NCBI RefSeq assembly: GCF_963921235.1
Contig: NC_086108.1
Location: 50,656,001 to 50,720,000, forward strand
Direction of reading: 5' to 3'
Length of the DNA: 64,000 nucleotides
DNA from: Mobula hypostoma
Taxonomy: Eukaryota
Shown: piece after piece, positions 24,559 through 37,434 of the stretch
Numbering within the stretch: the stretch's first letter is position 1
Layout: each line of letters begins with the position of its first letter
Position numbers and translations under genes: made by a program
Notes under the pieces: model-generated
The model's input: the letters and a program-made list of their open reading frames with translations, nothing else
What the model was told of the DNA's origin: nothing
Databases searched by the model: none

Positions 24559-25559
24559 ATTCTTGGAAAATATGCGGCCTGGTTAGGAGGATAGGAGTGA
24601 AGCACATTTGTTGTGAGAAGAGGGTGGATACTGGATGGAATTCATACAGTGAAAGAAAAATAAGCTCTTCAGACATTCAGAGAAATAGTTCAGCACTGGT
24701 GAAGCTGGGAGAAAGAAATGGAAATTTTTTTTAGAACACTTTGGAACTATTGCACAGTCAGATGGTATTGGCCAGCATCTTCTGCTTAGTTCAAGACTAA
24801 CCTGCCCATTTTCCATAGCGTTCACTTTTCCCATTTTTCCTTGAGCTTGCCTTTGACTCTTTCCTCTCTTCATTTGTTCAGTTTTTTATTACCTTTGAAA
24901 CTTCAATCTACCTTTCCATTTCATATCTAGGTTATTTGAACATCATTGAATAACAATTCCACCACATTTTCATTGTGTTTTTCTACTTTGTTTGGATTTT
25001 TATTATTTTTTGATAATTCTTTTATAATTTGTATTTCTTTCTGATATTCCTTTTCTGAAGAAGGTACATCTTTAGACATTAATTTTTCTGTTCTTCCCAA
25101 AGACAGTTTACAAATTCTGTTTTCAGTTGCTATTTCTGCTTGCAATGAGAAATATATATATATATGAGAAATAATATCACTCCAACAAGTGTTTCTTTGG
25201 AAAGGCATCACATACATACTCTTTAACAAATAACAGACTCCATGCCAATACAAAATACTTAGAAGTAAGTTTGATGTTGATGGAAGTTAATGCAAGTTCC
25301 TTTATGAGGCAATTAAGTTCTGTTCAACAATTTAACTGCCATTTTAATTTCATACGAAAGAGCAAAGATTGTTGGGACAGTTTTGCATTGGAGCATGTCC
25401 ATTTCAGTTTTGTGTGATTTTGATATACAGTTGCTTGAATTGAATTTTGGTGGGCAATGTACTACACAATAGAAGCAACTGTATTTTTAATGGATATATA
25501 CATATATAAATAAAAAGCTAACTGCAGACCAGATGATTCAACAGAGAGACAATTGATTC

Positions 25560-26185
25560 ACACAGTCACAGAATGGTTAGAGCATGAACAGAGGTCATTT
25601 GATCCATCCAGTCTGTTTGCAAAAGCAATCCAGTTTATTCTACTCTATTATCCTCTTCCAAAAGTCCTGGAAACGATTTCCTTTCTGATTGTTATCAAGT
25701 TTCTTTTGGATGCTACAATTTAACCAGGCTTCACTACTGCTCCAACAATGCACTTTGGACTCCAATCAATCTTTGGATAAATTTTCCTCAAGTCACTTTT
25801 TCCTTTGTCAGTCACCTTCTATGTTCCTTTATTTCTTGTTCCCTACACTTCTATTTTTATTTTGTCTATATCCTTTGTAATTTTAGATACATCGATCAGT
25901 TCTCCTTTGTTTAAAATGGATATCTATATGTGGATATCTATCAACATAATTACATTCCTCATCCCTGGAGTTATCCTAGTTGAGGCTGTTCTAAAGCCTT
26001 CACATCTTTCATAAAGTGAGGCACCTAGAACAGCTCACAATACTCCATTTGGTGAAAAATTAACAAGTATTTTATAAGGGTTCATAATGACTTCCTTATT
26101 CTTGTGCTCTTCATCTCTCATTAAAAAGCTGAAGGCATCTTGCAGTTTTACCCACTTCTCAAATCGCTTTTCACTTCCAGTGAAC
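25560..26185 (-). mobile_element. Ancient CR1 3' fragment
   Basis: EHKNKEVIMNPYKILV aligns to the CR1 EYKSKEVML.LYKTLV segment; degraded 3' UTR near 25560-25660. Confidence 0.6.
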
Positions 26186-26722
26186 AATAACTGAGTTAAT
26201 GGGTTACTATCTGAAATTAAACCAGAATAAAAACATGGAATAAATAACAAGATCTATTAGCAACTGGAATATTGAATAAACTGTCAATTTATTCTACAGA
26301 CAAACTCAACATACTTATATTGAAAAAATGGGAGAGGAAGGAAACAAACTTTTATAGTTTAATCAGTGTTATATCAATTTGATTATGTGGATGACTATTT
26401 GGCATTTTTCCAAGTGACCTTTGCAAACTTCTTGATTTTTTTAAGTAAAAAAGCTAGAGGTAGCAACCAGTAATTGCAACTACGAATTTGTGACAACTGC
26501 TGATGTATGCAGTGGTTAGCCCATGTTGGCCTCTTGACTTTTTATTAACCTCGGTCCGTACTTCTCGCTGCTTCAGTAAAGCAGCCAGCATAATCAGAGA
26601 CTCTGTCCATCCCAGATATTCTCTCTTCTCCCCTCTTTCATTGGGCTGAAGATACAAAAGACTGAAAGCACGTACCACCAGACTCAATTACAGATTCTAT
26701 CTCACTGATATAGGACTATTAA

Positions 26723-27665
26723 GTAGTTGTGTACAGGCCACCTAACAGTAGTAGTGAGGTTGGGGCTGGTATTAAACAGGAAATTAGAAATGTGTGCAAT
26801 AAAGGAACAGCAGTTATAATGGGTGACTTCAATCTACATATAGATTGGGTGAACCAAATTGGTAAGGGTGCTGAGGAAGAAGATTTCTTGGAATGTATGC
26901 GGGATGGTTTTTTGAACAAACATGTCGAGGAACCAACGAGAGAACAGGCTATTCTAGACTGGGTATTGAGCAACGAGGAAGGGTTAATTAGCAATCTTGT
27001 CATGAGAGGCCCCTCGGATAAGAGTGTCCATAATATGGTGGAATTCTTCATTAAGATGGAGAGTGACATAGTTAATTCAGAAACAAAGGTTCTGAACTTA
27101 AAGAAGGGTAACTTTGAAGGTATCAGACGTGAATTAACTAAGATAGACTGGCAAATGACACTTAAAGGGTTGACGGTGGATATGCAATGGCAAGCATTTA
27201 AAGGTTACATGGATGAACTACAACAATTGTTCATCCCAGTTTGGCAAAAGAATAAATCAAGGAAGGTAGTGCACCTGTGGCTGACAAGGGAAATTAGGGA
27301 TAGTATCAATTCCAAAGAAGAAGCATACAAATTAGCCAGAAAAAGTGGCTCACCTGAGGACTGGGAGAAATTCAGAGTTCAGCAGAGGACGACAAAGGGC
27401 TTAATTAGGAAGGGGAAAAAAGATTATGAGAGAAAACTGGCAGGGAACATAAAAACTGACTGTAAAAGCTTTTATAGATATGTGAAAAGAAAAAGATTGG
27501 TTAAGACAAATGTAGGTCCCCTACAGACAGAAACAGGTGAATTGATTATGGGGAGCAAGGACATGGCAGACCAATTGAATAACTACTTTGGTTCTGTCTT
27601 CACTAAGGAGGACATAAATAATCTTCCGGAAATAGTAGGGGACAGAGAGTCCAGTGAGATGGAGG
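26723..27665 (+). mobile_element. CR1 ORF2 endonuclease and tether fragment with an open frame
   Basis: ORF 26729-27715: YRPP, MGDFN..IDW, PTREQAILD, PVWQKNK, LNNYFGSVFT.ED. Confidence 0.93.
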
Positions 27666-28189
27666 ATGTTAGAGTGGATTCTTTTTGGGTAGATGATTTG
27701 TTAACATTTAAATGACTTTGGCCACCAGACTTCTATTTTAACTGTTTGACAAAGGACTGTGGATTGAGTCCACCACAATGGGCTTCCTAAAAGGTGTAAA
27801 TACCAGATGCTTCTGGTGCCTGATGCTGTAGTTTTGAAGGCAGTATCACCTATACATTATAAATATTAATTGTATGAATTGTCTTCTATGTTAGCACGGG
27901 AAATGCCAAACAAATGTATTGTAGACTTAACTTACATTTCTAAAGGCTGTAGATACCAACCCAGACATGTTGGCGTCAGGAGGAAAGGATGGTGTGAGAT
28001 TTTGTATGTAGCTTCAATAGGAAGCATTGTCTATGCATTGTCTGTAACTTTTTAAGTAGCGATTGCCTTTGTGTTTAGCATATAAATATCGAGCCCACAT
28101 TTAGCTAGCAGACCTTTCTGCGGAAAGCGTCTCCGTGCGTAAGATGCCTGCTGTACCTTGTTGTGTCGAATAGAAGCACACGATACTTC

Positions 28190-28465
28190 ACAAATCAACC
28201 AACTGATTCCAATGGCATGAAAACCACGACGATTGGAGCTGATGGATTTGTTGCAGTCTTCAACCGCCTTCACAGCCGTTCGAAGTAACTTAGTCCGCCT
28301 CTTCCACCCTTGAGGTCTTGGTTGGATTGTTCCTTTTCAGGGACCTCAACCTCGACCTTACCGCCATACGTGACGCTACCAGGAGCATAGCTCCAGACAG
28401 CATCGCTCTTGGGATCTCAGGACCAGGCAAGCTTCTCCACCACGACAAGGTGACAATCCACGGAG
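28190..28465 (-). mobile_element. RTE-clade 5'-UTR-derived short repeat (second partial copy at 29225-29417)
   Basis: Minus strand starts GGATTGTCACCTTGTCGTGGTGGAGAAGCTTG, resembling RTE/BovB/Rex3 5' ends; the two copies align. Confidence 0.65.
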
Positions 28466-28669
28466 AAAAGTTCCCTAGTATGATAAGTTGGATTCTTGAC
28501 CTCATAATCTACCTCTTTATGATCTTGCACCTTATTATTTACCTGTTACACTTCGTTCTGCATCGTTATTGTTTATCTTGTTCTACCTCAATGCACTGTG
28601 CAATGACCTGAAAGGAAAGGATGGATGCACCTGATATCCAGAAATGGGAATGTATGAGTCTAAAGAGAA

Positions 28670-28872
28670 AGGTTAAAGATTAGCTTTATTTTTCAGATAT
28701 GCATTGAAACATTGAAGCATACAGCGAAACCTGCCTTTGCGTCAACAACCAACACAGTCCAACGATTGCAAGGGGACAGCCCGCAAGTGTCACCATGCTT
28801 CCAGCACCAACAAAGAATGCCTACAACTAACTAACACTAACCTGTACATCTTTGGTATGTGGGAGGAAACCA
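28670..28872 (-). mobile_element. V-SINE-like 3' fragment
   Basis: GGTTTCCTCCCACATACCAAAGA core plus tail; homologous to 32760-33075 and 11779-12105. Confidence 0.7.
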
Positions 28873-29534
28873 GTGAGGGAGGGCAAAAGGAATATCTCTG
28901 ATAGGGTGAGGCCATGGTTGTCTGGTATATGAAGTTGAATAGTTGATACAGTAATAGAGCAGGTAGAAAGGGAGAAAGTAGGGATAGGGAATGTAGAATG
29001 AAATACAGGTCACTTTAATTCTCTGTTCTTTACCCACTCTCACTTTGCCTCTGCCACTTCCTACAGTGTTCTGACAAAGCCCAATGTAAGCTCAAGAAAG
29101 AACTCCTTATCTTCTCTCTGGGCATATTGTTGCCTTTGAATCTCAATATCCATTCAACAATTTTGGATGCTTTTTACTATTAGAGACATGATTAGCTAGA
29201 ACTACCTTGAATTTATACATCTCTAACTTCAATTCTAATAGCATGAAAATCACAACGATTGGAGCTGATGGATTTGTTGCAGTCTTCATCCGCCTTCACA
29301 GCCGTTGAGTTCGAAGTAACTGCGTCCGCCTGTTCCACCGTTGAGGTCTTGGTTGGATTGTTCTTTGTCAGGGACCTCACCCTCGACCTTACCGCCATGG
29401 GTGACCCTACCAGGAGCCACCTGATTTGATGGGCGTTTGTCTTCAGATGGAGGTTACCAGTTTTCATCTTCAATCATGCCATGCATGACTTCTGCACCTC
29501 TGTCACCAACTTGTCCTTATAGAAACAGGTAGAC

Positions 29535-29820
29535 TCTGTACACTCATATACTTTCTCACTATCATCTCCCATCTGCATACTTCTCCAAACTTTTCTTAAG
29601 TGTTGCAATCAAACCCACATCCACCACTTCCGCTCGTAGCTCATTCCACACTTGCACCACTGTCTGAATGAAGAAATTTCCCTTCAGATTGCCTTTAAAT
29701 ATTTCATTTCTTTGACCTCTAGTTTAAGTCTCATCCAACCTTAATGGAAAAAGCCTGTTTGCATTTACCCTATCTATACCCCTCATAATTTTGTATACCT
29801 CTGTTAAATGACCCCCATTC
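29535..29820 (-). mobile_element. CR1 3' fragment
   Basis: Reverse complement encodes EVYKIMRGIDR and WNEL-like segments. Confidence 0.75.
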
Positions 29821-29821
29821 A

Positions 29822-31290
29822 AAATTTGAGATTCAAGATTGTTTAAAGTAATTTCAGTATACAAGCGTAAAGAAGAACAAAATAATTGCTACTCATGGTC
29901 TGATACAGCACCAAAAAAACACGATTGGGTAAGGAACATCATAATGAAAAAAAACAATAATAAATGTAAATATATAGGATAGCTTATTTACATATGTATA
30001 TACATATACATAGATTGAATTCATGTCCATAAGCTTATAATAGGCACATGATACCTAAGGTGGCTGACGGAAAATGATAAATTAGTGGTGTTGGGTGCGT
30101 AGAGAGGTTGGTCAGTGGGTGAAGGAGTTGATCAGCCTTATTGCTTGGAGGAAGTAACTGCTTTTGAGTCTGGTGTTCCTGGTGTGGATGCTACGTAGCC
30201 TCCTCCTTGATGGAAGTGGAATAAGCAGTCCATGAGCAGGATGGGTGGGATCCTTCCTGATGTTACTGGCTCTTTACCCACACCTTTCTGTATACATGTC
30301 TGTGATTAGATTAGATTATGAGGACACGCAGTCCTCTTTTATTGTCATTTAGTAATGCATGCATTAAGAAATGACGCAATTTGTTCCTCCAGAATGATAT
30401 CACAGAAACACAAGACAAACCAAGACTAAAAAAAAACTGACAAAAAACACATAATTATAACATATAGTTACAACAATGCAAAGCAATACCGTAATTTGAT
30501 GAAGAACAGACCACGGGCATGGTAAAAAAAAAAGTCTCAAAGTCTCTTGAAAGTCTCGTCATCTCACGCAGACGGTTGAATGGAGAAACTCTCCCTGCCA
30601 TGAGCTTCCAGCGCCGCAAACTTGTCAATGCAGCATCCTGGAAGCACCCTGACCACAGTCTGACTCTGATTCCGTATGAAAACTTCGAGCCTCTGACCAG
30701 TCCTCCGACACCAAGCACCATTTCTGCTGAACGCTTCGACCCTGGCCCCGGCAACAGGCAATAGGCAAAGCCGAGGATTTGGGGCCTTCCCCTCCGGAGA
30801 TTCTCAATCGCACAGTAGCAGCAGCAGTGGAGCAGGCATTTCAGTAGTTTCTCCAGATGTTCCTCTGTGCTTCTCACGTCCATCTCCATCAAATCAGGAT
30901 TGTGTGCGGCCCCTGTTTAACAAATACGATATCAATTCAGGGCGGCCGCGTGCACTGCATCACGCCGCCATCTTCTCCTCCCCTCCATGGTGCATAGGCT
31001 GGTGCTGGTGATCCACTGTGCAGTTTTGACTGCCCATTGTAGACCCTTCCTGTCCCCTCAGTGCAGTTTCTGCACCATGCAGTGATGCAGCATGTTAGAA
31101 TGCTCCATTCTGCGCACCTTTAGAATGATATGACTATAGATATGCATTGCCCAGCTCTCTTCAGCCACCTCAGAAAGTAGAGGCATTAGTCAGTTTTCCT
31201 AATTGTTTAGGATGTCTTCTGGGACAATGCACGTCACTGCAAGATGTGCACTCCCAGGAGTTTGAAACTACTCACAGTTTCCATTGCTGG
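29822..31290 (-). mobile_element. Rex1/Babar-type LINE fragment hosting a nested retroposon
   Basis: Tail and 3' UTR at 29822-30100; coding-derived segments at 30100-30300 and 30985-31290. Confidence 0.7.
30305..30980 (-). mobile_element. Non-autonomous retroposon, copy 3
   Basis: Reverse complement begins GGAGAAGATGGCGGCG and ends with a GAGGAC-N5-GTCCTC hairpin and (TAATC)3. Confidence 0.85.
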
Positions 31291-31749
31291 AAACTCTTGC
31301 CACATGTATCTCAGAATAAACTGATAATAAACTGACAATAATAAACTGATTTCAATCCCAATTTACTTTTTATCAGTAACAAGAACATATGCAAAGAATG
31401 TACATGATATTCTGCTGGAAACCATGCTGCAATTTCTAAACCTTTTTACACAAGGGGCTGCAACTAGCAGACTAACAAATGAGAGTATTCATGCATTTCT
31501 ATCCTGACTAGTTGTTAAAAGTGTCAGACAGTTCAACTCAAGTCATGATTTTGAGGTGCACAACTGAAATGTCACCAGTCCTGTTATGTGTGCACTGAGA
31601 GTAGTTTTCACAGGAAGTCTCTAAGTTACTGAAAGTAGCAAGACTTGCATGCAAAAGAGGAAGGCCATGCCCTGGTTGTAATGCACCAAATGCACGATGG
31701 CTTAGGACCGCTGTTGGTTGAAATGGAGGAGGAAAAAAAATCTTTGTTG

Positions 31750-32685
31750 CGTTATAGCCAAGTTTGTGAATGATACAAAGATGGGCAGAGGGACAGGTAG
31801 TGTTGATGAAGCAGTGAATCTGTGGAAGGATGTAGACAGATTAGGAGAATTAGTAAAGAAGTGGCAGATGGAATTAGTGTAGGGAAGTGTATGGTCATGC
31901 ACCCTGATAGAAGGAGTAAAGGTGTAGACTATTTTCTAAATGGGGAGAAATTCTAAAAATCAGAGGTGCAAAGGGACTTGGGAGCCATCATGCAGGATTA
32001 CCCAGGGGTTAACTTGCTGGTTGAGGCAGTGGTAAAGAAGGCAAATGCAATATTAGCATTCATTTGAAGAGGACTAGAATACAAAAGCAAGGATGTAATG
32101 CTGAGGCTTTATAAGGCATTGGTCAGTCCGCACTTGGATATTGTGAGCTATTTTGGGTCTCTAATCTAAGAAGAAATGTGCTGGCATTGGAGAGGGTCCA
32201 GAGGACATTCACAAGAATGATCCTGGGAATGAAAGTGTTAATATATTTGATCATTTGATCGCTCTGGGACTGCACTCACTGGATCTCAGAAAAATGAGGG
32301 AGATCTCATTGAAAGCTAATGAATATAGAAAAGCCTGGATAGAATGGACATCAGGAGGATGTTTCTTACAGAGAGCGAGTCTAAGTCCCAAGAACACAGC
32401 CTAAAAATAGAGTGATATCCATTTAGAACAGAGATGAGGAGGAATTTCTTCAGCCGGAGGGTGGTGAATCTGTGGAATTCATTGCCAAAGACGGCTGTGG
32501 AGGACAAATCATTGGGTATATTTAAAGTGGAGGTTGATAGGTTCTTGATTAGTCAGGGCATGAAAGGTTGTGGGTGGAAAGCAAGAGAATGGGGTTGAGA
32601 GGGAATATAAATCAACCATGATAGAATGGCAGAGAAGACTCAATGGGCCAAGTAGCCTAATTCTGTTCCTAAATCTTATGGTTTC
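31750..32685 (+). mobile_element. CR1 3' fragment, degraded
   Basis: AKFVNDTK, KWQME and RVVNLWNSLP motifs; 3' UTR CCTAATTCTGTTCCTAAATCTTATGG. Confidence 0.85.
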
Positions 32686-32759
32686 ATTTCTTCAGAATGT
32701 TGAAAGGAAAGGGAGGACATATTTGATGATCAGAAGTGGGAATGTATGATTCCAAAGAG

Positions 32760-33075
32760 AAAGATTAAAGATTAGCTTTATTTCTTACATGTATATTAAA
32801 ATATACAGTGAAATTCACCTTTGCGTCAACAACCAACACAGTCCAATGATTGAAGGGGCAGCCCACAAGTGTTGCCATGCTTCCAACACCAACAAATAAC
32901 GCCTATAACTTACTAACCCTAACCCGTACGACTTTGGTATGTGGGAAGAAACTAGAGCACCCGGAGGAATCCCATGGTGTCACTGGTAAAATGTACAAAC
33001 TCCTTACGGAGAGCGACAGGAATTGAAAACCGATCGGTGATCACTGGCAATGTAAAGGTCTGCCCTGGGTGCTAT
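32760..33075 (-). mobile_element. V-SINE-like element
   Basis: Minus strand has a B-box-like GGTTTTCAATTCC and the CCTCCGGGTGCTCTAGTTTCTTCCCACA core. Confidence 0.75.
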
Positions 33076-33492
33076 GGTGCTGCGCCACCCTCATTAAAAT
33101 TGCATTGTACAGAAGCTGGAAGGGAAGAAGGCAAGGATTCAGAATGGTCTGGTGGTCCTGGGGGAAGGGGACAGATCAAAAAAATAAGAAAGATAGGGAC
33201 ACAGCCAAAGCTCTGTCAGGGTGGAGGGGAATCACCATGAAAGGGACAATTGTTGGTAAAAATAAGGGAGATAAACTGAGAGACTGGATGGATGTGTACT
33301 GGCATGAAATGTAATCAAGATGGCTACGGGACCCAGTTTGTCTATAGTACGTATTAGGCAATAGATTTTAACCTGCAGTTCGGGACTTACCAGGGATCAG
33401 TCACAGTTGCTCCCTATCTGGCCTATGTTGTTGAGTTGAATCGTATTCCCCTTTCGTCTAATTTCCAGGGAGCTCGGCCTCAGTTTTTTTAT

Positions 33493-33788
33493 AGGCATCT
33501 GTTAGTCTCATGAAACCATGGATTTGTGCCTTGGAAGGTTTCCAGGTGCAGGCCTGGGCAAGGTTGTATGGAAGACCAGCAGTTGTCCATGCTGCAAGTC
33601 TCCCCTCTCCACACCACTGATGTTGTCCAAGGGAAGGGCATTAGGACCCATACAGCTTGGCACCGGTGTCGTCGCAGAGCAATGTGTGGTTAAGGGCCTT
33701 GCTCAAGGACACACACGCTGCCTCAGCCAAGGCTCGAACTAGCGACCTTCAGATCACTAGACTGACACCTTAACCACTTGGCCACGCC
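33493..33788 (-). mobile_element. tRNA-derived SINE
   Basis: Minus strand GCGTGGCCAAGTGGTTAAGG (A box) and AGTTCGAGCC (B box); tail shared with 18380-18545. Confidence 0.78.
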
Positions 33789-34091
33789 TCAGTTTACTCC
33801 ACACGAATAAGCACATGGGTAGAAGGTGGCAGTTGATTGAATTTTTAGTTTCAGGAGCACGAAGAAAAAAAAGATCAATGAACTGGAAAATAGCTCAGAA
33901 GGGGCTGGAGGACAAGTGAAAAAAATATTCTTATATCCTAGGAAAAGAAAGGCATAGCGATTAGTTTTAGTTTTATCAGCATGAAGCAAGTAAAGTCAAA
34001 TACAGGCATTAAGGAGGTAAAAGTTACAGGTGTGGGGCTGGGAAAACATGATGTTGAAAATTGTGAGGTGCACAGGCTGCTTTATTGCTTT

Positions 34092-36885
34092 AACATAGAA
34101 CATAGAACATAGAATAGTACAGCACAATACAGGCCCTTCGGCCCACAGTGTTGTGCCAACCCTTAAACCCTACCTCCTTAAATAACCCCCCACTTTAAAT
34201 TCCTTCATAAACCTGTCTAGCAGCATCTTAAATTTCACTAGTGTATTTGCCTCAGGCAGTGTATTCCAAGCACCAACCACTCTTTGAGTAAAAAACCTTC
34301 CTCTAATATCCCCCTTGAACATCCCACCCCTTACCATAAAGCCATGTCTTCTTCTACTGAGCAGTGGTGCCCTGGGGAAGAGGCGCTGGCTGTCCACTCT
34401 ATCTATTCCTCTTAATATCTTGTATACCTCTATCATGTCTCCTCTCATCCTCCTTCTCTCTAAAGAGTAAAGCACTAGCTCCCTTAATCTCTGATCATAA
34501 TGCATACTCTCGAAACCAGGCAGCATCCTGGTAAATCTCCTCTGTATCCTTTCTGATGCTTCACATCCTTCCTATAGTGAGGCTACCAGAACTGGACACA
34601 GTACTCCAAGTGTGGCCTAACCAGAGTTTTATAGAGCTGCATCATTACCTCGCAACTCTTAAACTCTATCCGTCGACTTATGAAAGCTAACACCCCATAA
34701 ACTTTCTTAACTACCCTATCCACCTGTGAGGCAACTTTCAGGGATCTGCAGACATGTACTCCCAGATTCCTCTGCTCCTCCACACTACCAAGTATCCTGC
34801 CATTTACTTTGTACTCTGCCTTGGGGTTTGTCCTTCCAAAGTGTACCACCTCACACTTCTCTGGGTTGAACTCCATCTGCCACTTCTCAGCCCACCTCTG
34901 CATCCTATCAATATCTCTCTGCAATCTTCGACAATCCTTCACACTATCCACAACACCACCAACCTCGTCTTCAAACTTGCTAACCCACCTTCTACCCCAA
35001 CATCCAGGTCATTAATGAAAATCACGAAAAGCAGAGGTTCCAGAACTGATCCTTGTGGGACACCACTAGTCACTTCCCTCCAATCCGAATGTACTCCCTC
35101 CACCACGACTCTCTTCCTTCTGCAGGCAAGCCAATTCTGAATCCACCTGGCCAAACTTACCTGGATCCCATGCCTTCTGAATTTCTGAATAAACCTACTG
35201 TGTGAAACCTTGTCAAATGCCTTACTAAAATCCATGTAGATCACATCCACTGCACTACCCTCATCTCTATGCCTGGTCACCTCCTCAAAGAAGGCTTGTT
35301 AGACACGATCTGCCCTTAACAAAGCCATGCTGACTGTCCTTGATCAGACCATGATTCTCTAAATGCCCATAGATCCTATTTCTAAGAATCTTTTCCAACA
35401 GCTTTCCTACCACAGATGTAAGGCTCACTGGTCTATAATTACCTGGACTATCCCTATTACTTTTTTTTGAACAAGGGGACAACATTCGCCTCCCTCCAAT
35501 CCTCCGGTACCGTTCCCGTGGACAACGAGGACATGAAGATCCTAGCCAAAGGCTCAGCAATCTCTTCCCTCGCCTCACGGAGTGGCCTGGGGAATATTCC
35601 GTCAGGCCCTGGGGACTTATCCGTCCTAAGGTATTTTAACAACAACACCTCCTCTCCCTTAATATCAACATGCTCCAGAACATCAACCTCACTCATATTG
35701 TCCTCACCTTCATCAAGTTCCCTCTCATTGGTGAATACGGAAGAGAAGTATTCATTGAGAACCTTGCTCACTTCCACAGCCTCCAGGCACATCTTCCCAC
35801 CTTTATCTCTAATCGGTCCTACCTTCACTCCTGTCATCCTTTTGTTCTTCACATAATTGAAGAATGTCTTGGGGTTTTCCTTTACCCTACTTGCCAAGGC
35901 CTTCTCATGCCCCCTTCTTGCTCTTCTCAGCCCCTTCTTAAGCTCCTTTCTTGCTTCCCTATATTCCTTAATAGACTCATCTGATCCTTGACTCCTAAAC
36001 CTCATGTATGCTGCCTTCTTCCACCTGACTAGATTTTCCACCTCACTTGTCACCCATGGTTCCTTCACCCTACTATTCTTTATCTTCTTCACTGGGACAA
36101 ATTTATCCCTAACATCCAGCAAGAGATCCCTAAACATCGACCGCATGTCCATAGTACATTTCCCTGCAAAAACATCATCCCAATTCACACCTGCAAGTTC
36201 AAGCCTTATAGCCTCATAATTTGCCCTTCCCCAATTAAAAATTTTCCTGTCCTCTCTGATTCTATCCTTTTCCATGATAATGCTGAAGGCCAGGGAGCGG
36301 TGGTCACTGTCCCCAAGATTCTCACCCACTGAGAGATCTTTGACCTGACCCGGTTCGTTACCTAAGACTAGATCTAGTATGGCACTCCCCCTAGTCGGCC
36401 TGTCAACATACTGTGACAGGAATCCATCCTGGACACACTTAACAAACTCTACCTCGTCTAAACCATTGGAACTAATCAGGTGCCAATCAATATTAGGGAA
36501 GTTAAAGTCACCCATGATAACAACCCTGTTATTTTTGCACCTTTCCAAAAACTGCCTCCCAATCTGCTCCTCTATATCTCTGCTGCTACCAGGGGGCCTA
36601 TAGAATACCCCCAATAGAGTAACTGCTCCCCTCCTGTTCCTGACTTCCACCCATACTGACTCAAAAGAGGATCGTGCTACATTACCCACCCTTTCAGTAG
36701 CTGTAATAGTATCCCAGACCTGTAAAGCCACATCGCCTCCCCTTTATTCCCCCCCGATTCCTTTTAAAGCACTGAAATCCAGGAATATTGAGAATCCATT
36801 CCTGCCCCAGTGCCAACCAAGTCTCTGTAATGGCCACTACATCATAATTCCATGTATGTATCCAAGCTCTCAGTTCATCAGACTC
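34092..36885 (-). mobile_element. CR1 LINE, near-complete ORF2 (endonuclease, RT, 3' tail) with frameshifts
   Basis: ORFs 36694-36933, 35457-36731, 35285-35578, 34939-35280, 34583-34951 and 34170-34526 are colinear (ITETWL, YRPP, GDFN, SDH, KSPGPDG, NYRPVSLTS, PQGSVL); (TTCTATG)n tail. Confidence 0.96.
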
Positions 36886-37434
36886 CTTCAAGAATCTGAA
36901 TCTGCAGTATTTTACCTTTCTAATCAATAGCATTTGGTAATTATAGCTTTCCCAAGTTAAAATTGCATTGAGTAATTTTAATCTATAAGAATGATTAAGC
37001 TGATGAATAGCATAATGATAGATTTATATTGTGGATTATAAAGCACCACAAGGTTCCAATTATTTATGGAATATTCATACATTGACCATAAGTGAAAGTA
37101 AATTCATTAATTTTGATTACTTTATGGAGCTTATCAAGCCATGATAAAAGATTTTGGGTAAGTCTGCAGACAGTTCAATAAAAATGTCAGACTGAACCAG
37201 GAAAGAGATGAAAACAAGTGTTAACTTGCTGGAAAGAGAATTACAACCCACAGGAAATGGGTGAAAACATTGAACATTTCCTGGAAACGTAAGGACATAG
37301 CTTTGCTAGGAGATATTTGCTGCTATGTCAACTATTGAATATTACATTCCTTATTGAGATATGGTAGCAGATTGTAGAACCAACACAAAGTCTAAAAAAA
37401 ATAAAGCTCAGGAATGAAAACTATAGAAACCATA

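Noticed and set aside
26152..26210. Apparent 59-nt minus-strand exon (ttcag|...TGG|gtaaaa)
   Set aside because: Its 3' half continues in frame into degraded CR1 ORF2 sequence, so it is most likely LINE-derived.
33715..33788. tRNA gene-like A/B boxes (also 3450-3520)
   Set aside because: They run into SINE bodies and lack a complete cloverleaf and terminator.
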